Positions 52,729 to 64,000 of a stretch of DNA of 64,000 nucleotides are shown here, piece by piece; within the stretch, counting starts at the first letter, position 1, and the number at the start of each line of letters is the position of its first letter. A program made the position numbers and the translations under genes. A model generated the notes under the pieces. It was not told where the DNA came from. It was given only the letters and a program-made list of their open reading frames with translations, and ran no database searches. Where the stretch lies: positions 27,322,299 to 27,386,298 of the forward strand of contig NC_134025.1 of assembly GCF_964204645.1 (NCBI RefSeq). The letters run 5' to 3'. The DNA is from Tubulanus polymorphus (Eukaryota; Animalia; Nemertea).

Positions 52729-55700
52729 ATGCATTTTCTACTGATAATCTCTGTTTTGGTAAGTTTTCGATAGCTTCACAATTCTTTATTTGTGTGATTT
52801 TACTGTAAATGGTTTACTTAGAGACGTGCGTAACGTAATATTTGCAGCATCAGTAGAGCTACATTGATGTGATGAATTGCCACGATAATTACAAACTAAC
52901 GTATACATACACACAAATACTAACCAATTTAAGTCTATTGGTACATTTTCTCGCAATGTTTACCCACTTTGTTTATATGGAGTTTTTAGATGAGCCATAT
53001 GCAAAACTTGCGTCTTGTTTCTTGTTTCACTCGCTAAATGGTCTGCTACTCTACAGTCGGCATACGCTGTATTGTAATATACGAAATTTTGATATATTAG
53101 TTTTTCATTCTGAACATTACGCTCGGATCCTAGATTCTTTATTGTTGTGTATACACTTCGTCACCGTACGAGTTCTTTTATACAGATTTGACAGAAGACA
53201 TTTTTTTTCTCGATAATTTTTCAAGGTGCATGTATACGTATGTACATATGTGCATATTTTTTACACCGTGCACGTCTATGTGAAGATTTGATAAGCTAAT
53301 TTTTAAGATATCGCAGTTGAACTGTTGATTTATTTTTAGGCTCTAATGAAATTGATGAGATTGATCGTACACTGTTTAGAATCGAATCGCGATTCAGATA
53401 AAATCTCATTAGTTGAATCCATTTCAATTTACATATTTTCTCCACTTATCGTGAATCAGTTTTCGAATATAGGTTTTCTCTGATGGGTTGGATTTGCAAA
53501 CATTTGTTACCAGAACACGTTTTTGTTCCGATAACGGAACATCGGCTAATGACTATAGCCAGAGTGAATCACACACACTAATGACTTCGTATGAAACAGA
53601 TAGTCGATTTATGACTTAGATTTCGGTCTTTGTGCTTGCCGCCAACACCGCCACGTTTAAACCTGGGCCATAAAATTGTAATGTATATACAAATACCAGC
53701 ACGGTTTCGCCACAAAGGATGATACATTTTACGAAATGATATCTTGTTACCAACTGACGAATGTGTCCACCGTACTCTCTCCTCTATTTTCTGGGCATTA
53801 ATTAGGGTCGGTTTGCCAAGAGATGGTCCTTCCATCATAGAATAGTTGTATACTATAGGTGTGAATAGAGATGATATGTTATTGATACACCCACGGGTTT
53901 GTTCCAACTATTCACAGGTAAAACACGGCAACATGTGCGTACTAATTAATATTTTAGCGCAGGTGTCACTGATACATTATTTGTGTAATTAACTTCATTT
54001 ACATATACGCGTCGTTTTTTAACGTGTCAGGCATACGTACAGATACGTTCATTTAACTTGAGGTTAAATCGTGTGAGATTCGAATTCGTACTCAGAAAGT
54101 AACTGCACCTATCATGGCTAATTAAGGCTAATTGTTAGTTTCGTGGTTTCTTTGTACCTCGATCATGTCGCTGTAATTACTTTTGACTTAAAATTCACTC
54201 AAAAGCCTGCAATTCACTTGATCCCAGTAGCCCGAGGCGTAGGAGTTCGCGTTATACCAGACAGACTAATTTGTCATTTGAAACAAATTCGATCAGATGG
54301 GAATAATGGAAATTCCAGTCAAATACAGTCATTAAAAAGTCAAATTTTATCAACCAGGTCTGATATAGTCGTTCAAAACCACAAGACTTGCCTTCATTAT
54401 CCATTTTCGGCATCATTATGATTGTAGTCAACTTCTGGAACACATTTTTTCGACGTGAAGCAGCACAGAGAAATGTTCGCAGTTTACCGAAAAAATACCC
54501 GCGGTCCTAAACCAGGGGATATGTTTTTAGAAATGAAAATGTATTGCGTTATCGTGGAAGAAAATAAACGGCATAGACACATAAATGTAAACAATGATAT
54601 GCTGTCAAAACTGTTATCAGTGCCGTCCTCTGTGCTTGATGGAAAACCTATATATATACATTCGAAAACTGAAACGATTCTCTGTAATTTACCTTACTAA
54701 CATATTATGAATATGTAGCTTCTAGACATTGTTTAGGGATATATTATTATTCGAAAAGTCGTGATTGATGAGGGAACGAAATCGGACACCTGAAATCCCT
54801 GTTATATATGCGACTGCACATAACAGGCGCCGCCCGTCTCAATACCGAAACAGTTCGCTAAAATGCTATTAGTTTTATTGTCCATATGGCCAGAGAAAAA
54901 AAAGAAAATGTTGTCGAAGAATAACTCTGATATGTTGAAATATATACCTGGATATATGTGCGGATTGTCGAAATGAACAAAAACATTTATTTGCTTTACT
55001 ATTCAGAACCCGAGCGAAGTGATAAACGATGACTAAATATACTGCATGAACTGAAGGCGGTAGAAATTGACAATTCATTAATTATTTTGCAAGAACTCAA
55101 ACAGTCGTATCTGCTTAACTGACAAGTCTTAACTAATAGTGCATTATGACGAGTTGTGAGCTAAATCATCGCGGTATCGCGAATGTAACTGACTGGCTGA
55201 ATCCGAATTTTTTTAGGTCACCTTTTAAAGAAATCAACAGATACATATCATCATGAACTCTTGATGATGTTTGCAAATAACCAGTCCATCGGAGAGGTGG
55301 CCCGGGCATTTATATGTCTATCTGTAATTCTGAACCAGATACTAAAATCACAATAAACTTGTATAAACCGTTTATGAAACGTCTTTATCGTTTATGACGG
55401 TCATAAAAGTGACCATATACTAGGTCCAATATGACTAATTACAGTCCGAATAATATCGAAGGAATGTTGAATATATGAGTTGAGTAATACAATCTAACGT
55501 TCTATCTTAAATCTTGATGTATAGCTCAAATTCAATTAATTTGAAAAATAGTTTCATTTCCAACTGTTCCCCGGGGAGCTTTTTATTTCCTCTGTATTCA
55601 ACAACAGATGGTATTTTCATTTTTCGTATCAGCAACATGCCAGTATTTTGAAGTACGGATCTCCGATGAAATGTCATGAAAAATTAAGCATTAAGGGCAA

Positions 55701-58700
55701 TATACCCATAAAACTATACATTAAGTTGATGATGATGGCCAGAATGACCATTGCGCAGAAAATCTGATAAATAGAATGTATATTTCGCGTGATTTATTTG
55801 TCCTCGAAGAAATGTTATGGGATATGTGAACCTGTGAACTTTGATGGGCACAGACTACACACAATTATTATCCATAACTAACGACAAAGCAGCATTTCGA
55901 ATTATTGAAACGGGGTAAATTTCATCCCGTCCAAAAATGGGGGATTTTCAGCGTTGTCTCATTTATTCATTATTTGGGTTGAGTTTCAAATTATCATTGC
56001 CGCGTAACCCTCTTTGATTCAGTTGATAAATGACGAAATGTCAGAAAAATCTGGTCAACATCTCATTTCATGCATTATAGACACCTGCTTCCATACTGGT
56101 ACAATACTATACCCTAAAAACAGCGGGGACGTTTGTACTCATCAGTGGAATCAAAATTCATTCATCGGAAAAATCAAATTTTCTTACATAGTTCGTCACG
56201 GACGTATCACATTGCAACCGCTTCAAAACACTTAGGTAATCTAATAAAGGGATTTACAAATTTGAAAAACATATTTCTGGGTACTGTCTCGAATCAGAAC
56301 CTGGGCAGATTTTAGGTCAGTAGGCAATTGACAGACTGCTAAGAGTATGAGAAAAATAAAAATGTTTGATTTCGACCGCCATCGTTTGAAAATTTCATCG
56401 GTGTGCTTGCTTTTTAAGGCCATCAGCTATACAGCTTAATAACTAAAGGTTAATGTTGTATTCTCGAGTAGAAATTTGACGTGAATAAATGGTTATGTTT
56501 TCCTTGTTCTATAAAGTGACAGGTCCCGTAAATAAGCAGGCTCTCCGTGTATAAAACTCTTGTATTTTTAACATCAGATTGATCTGTTCTGTTAAGTTTG
56601 TCTTTGTTGCCTTTTTAGAGCAAAATACAATCCCGACAATCGGCGTATATTACAGCGTGCATTCCTTACCGGGGTGTACGGAAACCCCGAGTTAACCAAT
56701 TTGCAAATGAATGATTCGCTTGTATTCTTCGCAAATATACACATTTTATCGTGATGCAAAAGTGATTTGTAATTTTGGAAATGGGTTTTGGTCAGATTAC
56801 TTTGTACAATGGATTTTAGCGGAAAAATCGACAAAATATTGCGCATAAAATAATAGTGCCGGGAAACAAAGATGTTCCATTCTGGGGCTATACATAGACG
56901 AAGATAGCGCTATTACCCTTGAAATGGTTATGCTAATTTCGGAAATTAATATGCCGCCAGAAAATAGGGTCGAGTAAAAAAGTTTCTTTGATCTTGCGCG
57001 AGCTGACGTTTTTATATTCATGATATTCATGGTTAATGTGCACATAAAAGGCAATTATTAGTAAATTAAAATGTAAGTCGATCCTGTATGGACTATTTGT
57101 CACAGGCGATGGAACCTGTTTGGTTTGAAAGTTGCATGTATAAATTCGACTCATGATATGATCACAATATCTAAACTGATCGAAACTTATATTTTGCTGA
57201 ATGGTTCTGACATCTGAAATTAATCATTTTGTCTATACTTTCCTCTAATATAGCACGCCAACAATAAAAAGACTTCAGTTTAGCCGAATTATTATAGTTA
57301 ATGGATTTTTAAATACGAAATTAGTTTTGTTCAACCTCACTCAGTTTTCCGACACTGTCAGAGTAATCTGTGACTCACATAACCAACCCTTTACCAAAAA
57401 AACACATTAATTTGTCTATACCGATTCCCATTTTGTTGGAAAATCATTTATATTTGCCAGATACAGAGCCACGAGGAAACGGCCTGCAATCTCGGGAGCT
57501 GGCAAAAATACATTTATATCTTGTCATAATTAAGCCTCTGGCACTGGTGTGGTTGATTGCAGAGTCAGTCAACGCGATTCCAGAGCTCGATTTAATTATC
57601 AACCAGTACATTTAAACATGATATCGCCAATGATTTAAGGTTTTGCTCTGTCAGAAAAATTTATCTCCATTCAATTAGCAAACAATTGAAAAAGGGGTGA
57701 AGCCGTCGGTGACGTGGAATGCGCAGTATCATTTTTTTTCTTGACAGTTTCGGCCTCATCAAAAAGTTTTCAAAGCTCCCTAAGACGTGGAAGGAATTTA
57801 TAGATTGCCTTGTCCCGTGACAATTTTAAAAACATAATTCAAATATTTACCGAACGGCTTGTTTTTAAATCCAACGCTGAGCCGAGGTTTTACATCATTC
57901 AAACAGCTGTCAGAGAATAGCAGAGACAAAGCCCCATAAATTACCTGATGCCTGAGCAAAAATTCGCAGACTAATTATTTGTTCCAGATATTATCTGTTG
58001 TTTCCGCGCGAGCATCAATTGTTTGGTTTTTGTCAAAACCAATCGTTCGTAGAACAGACTGGGGTGTTTTGAAGAGTCTTTTTTGTGTTTATGTGACGGT
58101 GTCTGGCGTTGTAGAAATATATGGGACCATCAAATTGACGGGGTGAAAATCTTTCTATAAGTTATGAGCGTTAAATGGGCTTTTTGACCGGACTTAGAAG
58201 AGTTCAACAATTGTCGTTGAACATTCAGTCAATGCCTCCATAAAACAATAAAATAAAATTCCGAAGCCCAAAAACTTTATTGCTTTACTTATCGTTAATA
58301 ACGTGGTTGTAAAAATGTCTCCGAATTGCTGGGAATTCTTACAAAAGTTGTGGGCATCCCATGGAAAAATTAAATATGATCGAAACTTATGGTCAATGTA
58401 CATGAGATTTCTTTGTCTAATGGAATCTATATCATTTGAAAAGCCATAGAGTCGACGAGTAAAATAATTCTGCTTCATTAAAAAGACAATTGTGCAAAAG
58501 TTATGTGTGACCTGGGCGACTCAAGAGTTATGACATTGAAAATGAACCAATGTAAACTGAGAGTTAACTCTAGCTCACAACTGTAGAACTCGACCTCGTA
58601 TGCAAAAGAAGATACAATTTTTCAACAAGTGAAATTTTGTGAAGTAAAATCATTTGAAATTGTTTGTCTTATTCCAGGTGCCGGCGTACGGAATGATCTG

Positions 58701-61700
58701 CGAGGATACAGAATATCCACTGGATAACAAAGTCTGCTGTAAGACATGTCAACCTGGATACGGAGTGGTAGCTGAATGCACATACGCAGACGGCGCAAGT
58801 GAATGCGATTTGTGTGTTCCTGGTCGTACATTCTCTGACCGAATCAGTCACACTAAATGTAAACCTTGTACTGTTTGCGGGGCTAATTCTCACGCTAGAC
58901 ACGCGTGTAATGCAACACATGACGCTGTCTGCGAATGCAACACCGATTTCTTTTACGACAAAGATCAAAATCGCTGTCGATTATGCGAGATGTGCAAAGA
59001 AGGACAAGGAGCGTCTCGACCGTGTAAAAGTTCCCACAACACTAAATGTGCTGAGTGTCCGAACGGCACATTCTCAGACGTAATGAGCGGAACGCTCGGT
59101 TGCGTACCGTGTAGCAAATGTAGATCCCATGAAGTTATGCTGAAAGCTTGTACCCCATCACAGGACACCATTTGTATGGGAAAATTAGGTAAAAACACAC
59201 TTTCATATTTCATTTATTCGCTATCGCTTTCATGTTGAATGTAAGAGTAATGTAATATAGTTATTATACGTATTATCCTCTGGATAAACGGTAGTTCCTG
59301 TCGGATTCTTATCAATGTACAGCTAATATGAAGTGGCACTTCATCCGTCAGATTTCTGGTGACTTTTCATCGGGAATCTTATCATCGAGTTTTTGTGGGG
59401 GGCCACTTACTGGGCTCTCGTACCAGTAAGAGGCTTCCCTTTGTAAAAATGCCGTGCCCCCGGGACCAACTTCAGCGAAACCCTTTGAAATTGTTTCATT
59501 TTGATGAACGAATGATTATAAAAACCGGTTGCATTCTGTTGCTATATATTATGAGTCATGAATTATTATTAAAGATAATTTGCAGAATATTCCAACGGAT
59601 AAACTCGAATTGTATCAGTATATCCAAATATACCATTCACCTGTCTGATTGTCGAAAACACGGCGGCCATTTCCGACAAACCGTCTGACGGAAAAATTGA
59701 AAACTCCCGGTTTTATGGTTTCTATGCGGGTTCCGGTCTCTTTGATGCTGGTGAAATTTATGCCCCGATAAATCTGTGGTACAATAATATTGATGTGGTT
59801 TCCCCAATCGACTGGCTGAGAACTTGTATCCAGATGAAATCGGTACCTGAGATTTATGGCCGTATGAGCATCTCGTAGAAATCTGCTGCTCTTTAGATGT
59901 ATGCCGCTATCAAACCCGCTACTGCAAAAACAGCCGACTTTATCTCAGTCTAGTCAAGTACAAACTTTGTCCGTTCTCATATAATAAACGACTTATGCCG
60001 CATAAGAATGCAATCAAATTTCTATTATAAATGAGGAGTAGACGTTTGTTTATGTCAGTCATTATTCACTCGCTAAACTCGCGATAATTCGATGATATTC
60101 GCGATGAAGCTGAATTTTCAGTCTTCGAATAAAAATTCTAACCACATCTGGACCACTGATAGTCTATGTATTGAATGATGAGCGATGACTGACGCACAGA
60201 AATACTCGCGGTGACTGATGGGCACTGTAGGCCCCACCAGGTCATTTTCAATGCGACTCATCGCTATCACCTATATCGACAAGTAGACTGTCGATGTTGA
60301 AGACAGTCACTTACTTACCTTGGCTGACTCATGTATTACGGATGTGCTCAAAATTCTAAACATCATCCATAAAAGCCGAGTGTATGACAATAAACTGAGT
60401 AAGTCGTGATTCTTTACGACTTCGATTGGAACCTTCTCGTGCATCGCGCTTATGATGGCTTCTGAATGTTCGTAGAACTGATCATCGACGGCGGGACCGT
60501 TTCGACTGGAATCTGTATTCTAGTTTGATTTTGCGCTGTCGACGTAGAAAATATTTACTCAAACGACGTACTCTAGATCCGAACACCTCGGAATAGAATA
60601 CCCCAACTTGGAATTAATGAATCTGTCCTCTTCTTAAATACCTCGTCCTTCACTTGATAGAAAACCACTGTCAATTGATCAGCTTTACGGCTGAACAGGG
60701 AATTAAGATTGATATTTTCACAGGCTCGTTACTGAACTGCTATTCTCTTGTTGTCAGGTTCTGGGTGTAAAGTAATGATAATGAGAATTCAGTGAATTTC
60801 TGCCGCAATTCTTAAACGTATCGGGTGATTTGTTACGTCGCCGCTGAGATTCAAAAGCTCGTATTCTGAATTGTCGACAATCTTGCGCTAAAACCCGTCA
60901 TTAGAGACACGATCACGCTAACACGATTTCTATAGATCTACGATGGAAATATTTGAAAATGATTTTTTGCTGCAAGTTCGCATCTTGTAGAATGATTATC
61001 GAAACAACGGACCAATTCGTCGCTCCCGCCGAAAATACCTGACTTTATGAATCAGTTTTTTTAAACTTCCGTGATTTTTGCTCCGCAGTATTTTACGTGT
61101 AGTATATTTATACACAAACAAATGGATGATTTTTGTTTGACTGACATTGCTAATGACTCAAGTGAAAACAGTTTAGTCTTCATTTATTAGGCGCATCTAC
61201 AAATAGAATGTGTACTTTTTAAAGACGCGTGACTATAAAAAGATTTACCATTTACATTTTTGCGCCTCTAAAGAACCTCTTCCGCAAAGTTGACTTTCGC
61301 TAAGATTATGCAAATCCACATCTGATCCGCGTAAAACCAAACTCACAATTCCGTGACCAATAATGTCATTACGTAACATCCCAGATGTCGAAAAACGTTT
61401 GAATATCAACCGCCTTACGTAAAAACTGAAGGCTTTGGGCTGAAATCGGGACGCGCAATTATTCACGGATCGTGATGGACATTCAACGTTGCCTCATTAC
61501 TGCGTTACCGAGGCATTTCTGGAAAAAATCAACTCTCGCATGTAAAATTTATGCATTTGTGACTTGCTTAATCTAAAACTCTGTAGCGTCATTAATTTTA
61601 TGAGCGGGATATTGCCTTTGTATGGCATGATCAAAGAATGCCGCCCGATACGGCTTCGCGAGTCTCGTCTGACTCAGGCTACAAATTATAGGTTTTCTAT

Positions 61701-63813
61701 TGGCCAGAGAGTCCTGTATCTATTAAAACAGCTACCGATAACCAACGATAATGTTCATTAATGAAACTCGTTCAGTCACGCAATAAAACAACGTCACATT
61801 TGCAGCACCCCGAATTTATTACGTCATCTCGCTGTCAAATTCAAAGTCTCTATTTACAATTGATAATTTTTCTCGGCAGCCCGCATATAAATGATTATAT
61901 AATGAATGACGAAAAACGCTTCAAGAAAATCTCAAATCTTAATGGTCATTACTGTGCGAGAGATACATTTCCATATAACCCGATTAAAGATTATAGAAGT
62001 CATTACGGTTACTTCAAAAGATTTTCCAAAAAATCTTAATTTCTTTTAGATTTGGAATTAAAGATTAGAACTTGTCAATGTCCGAAGCCCTTAGTTTTAC
62101 TTGCGCAGTCATAGTATATTCGATTTCTGAAATTTCCTCAGGTGAAATGTAGTTTTCTCTGAGATGCTTCGGTATGTTGGATATTAAGGGTTGGATGAAG
62201 GACAGCATTGTATATATCGCTTGTAGAGCTTATGCGATGCATGAACTGTCAGAAATTGACTTATGATGGACAGCATGTTGCTGGTAAACAGTGACTAAGC
62301 AGTGAAACTACCAGGTAGAAAATAAACTACTTATGTTCCGGACTTTGACATCTTTATCATTTACGTGAGCATCAGAGGTATTGAGTATTAGACACTTGAG
62401 TTCGTTCGTAATATGAAAATGTGGTTGTCCATTTTCCACTTAAAACCACTCCTCATCCAGATATGCAGTTCGGATGAAATCCCCTTCGGTCTCTAAAAGA
62501 ACTTCGTGTGTATTCCACGTCAGACCAGTTTTCTTAATAATTCATAAGACAGGTGACTAACTCGACCTCGCGCGTGTCTCCGCCGAGTATGAGAACTGCC
62601 CACACGACGCCTCTCGGAAGAGCCGCATCACCTACCTGTCCTATAAAATGACCTTTTGATTCTTCGATTCGAATAACCTAGAGAGAACTTCGCACACCGA
62701 GAAAGGTTAAATATGATACATTGGACCGATTGGTCATTTCCAAAACTAAGGTTTCATAGGCGATGCGGGCCTCTCATCTACACCTAGTACATCAAAAGGC
62801 ACCCTGGTAGAAAAATAGGTGTTTGTATGTAAATCCCTGAAAGATGGAAGTACACCGACACTTTATAAATATGAAAGCAGCTGGGAATTTCAAGCAGCTG
62901 AAGTTGATGATGCATCCATCTTCCCTGGTCATCTTCGCTATTCATTATATGTGGCTAGTTGCAGCACTAATTACCGACTGGTGCCTGCTTACCGCGGGTA
63001 AAATGTCAAGAATTACTAATGAATTTAACATTTCTAATCAATGCTTGAATGATTGGCGCTATACCATCAAACATTTTCATGATAGAGAGGCTTGTTTTCC
63101 TCGTAATTTTTCATCCATTATAGTCTGATACTTACAATGTTTTTATCAGAACAGCTGCTCGATTTGTTCAAAGGTGAAGAAAATATAAACATTCCGTGAC
63201 TGTTTTGACCGCCTGTTGACCGGACTCAAAGACTATGGCCACTACTCGAGGCCGATGACCTCGTAGCCTGTGTACACACTTATGCTTATTACTGAGACGA
63301 CTGCGGAAAAATAATTCATCACTCGCATGGAATAAGAGAACATTGCCTTCTCTGATTAAAACATGGCACGTTAGTCTCAATTTATCACAGGGCTTTATTT
63401 GTGTAGCCTTCATACGTTAGATATGCGCAGGGAATACCATCGTAAAATCTTTCCCTCGCTATATCCCTTTTTCATGATCATTGTCCTTGGGTAGACCATT
63501 AAATATCGTTACTGAAGGCTCTCATTCAAGAGATGAATATTGTAAGAAATTTATTGATGTCTAATTTCAGATGTTCCGGCTCCGAAAACGACAAACGGAG
63601 TATTCGCGGAGGATACGCAGAGAAGTAATAAAGGGGCAGAGTTGATTCCGTTGTATTGTGTCATCATGGGATTGATCGTCGTGGCCCTTTTAGCCTATGC
63701 CATTTATAAACACTGGCAGCTGAGAGGTAAAAAGAGAAGAGCTCAATACGAAAAGGAACAACAGCATAACAAGAGTACCGACAGTGGCGTTTACATAGAT
63801 ATGGACAGTAAAA
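52729..63813 (+). CDS. NGFR: p75 neurotrophin receptor-like TNF receptor superfamily member (TNFRSF16-like), 3'-partial
   Basis: Exon 52729-52758 (MHFLLIISVL) plus exon 58678-59188 (VPAYG, then four TNFR cysteine-rich repeats) plus exon 63571-63813 (TM LIPLYCVIMGLIVVALLAYAIYKHW, compare p75 LIPVYC...KRW; juxtamembrane STDSG). Splice phases are compatible. The death domain is expected beyond the window. Confidence 0.85.
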
Positions 63814-64000
63814 GTGAGTAGAATTCTAGGTGTTACCTGGGACTCAGTTGTCAGCTGAGGATTAGATTCTGAACATCGAAGTCAGATTTTTAACCAGGAT
63901 TCTTTTCTTGTTCATTTTAAGATCTTAATTCGACTAAAGTAAGAGATCTGTCTCAAATAAAGAAAAAGGAGTTAGAAGTTTATCTTACTAAAGATCATGA

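Noticed and set aside
53578-58478. Numerous 60-110 aa ORFs in p75-like intron 1 as nested genes
   Set aside because: No recognisable motifs, many non-ATG starts and no consistent splice pattern.

Overview
Compact, AT-rich animal (invertebrate, lophotrochozoan-like; taxon not determinable here) nuclear DNA with mostly 60-110 nt GT-AG introns. Nine protein-coding genes are supported. The first eight alternate strand as four head-to-head pairs: FkbM-family methyltransferase(-)/PCMT1(+), DENND5(-)/HINT2-like(+, absent from the ORF track), DDX18(-)/cortactin(+), MDH2(-)/importin-beta KPNB1(+). The ninth is a p75NTR/NGFR-like TNF receptor (+) that runs off the 3' end. Most notable: (1) PCMT1 has splice options for both a signal-peptide-like N-terminus and a C-terminal HDEL, i.e. 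a possible ER-lumenal isoaspartate-repair isoform. (2) DDX18 has a textbook U12 intron that folds into long nested and alternative stems. (3) The five unusually long KPNB1 introns all carry long-range stems, one enclosing a candidate poison exon and two with H/ACA-like ends. (4) There is a ~41-bp stem in the cortactin 3' UTR. Also seen: unannotated in-frame DENND5 cassette exons, a nested 100-bp inverted repeat, small MITEs and a decayed LINE fragment. All gene models and pairings were read by eye; no searches or folding programs were run.
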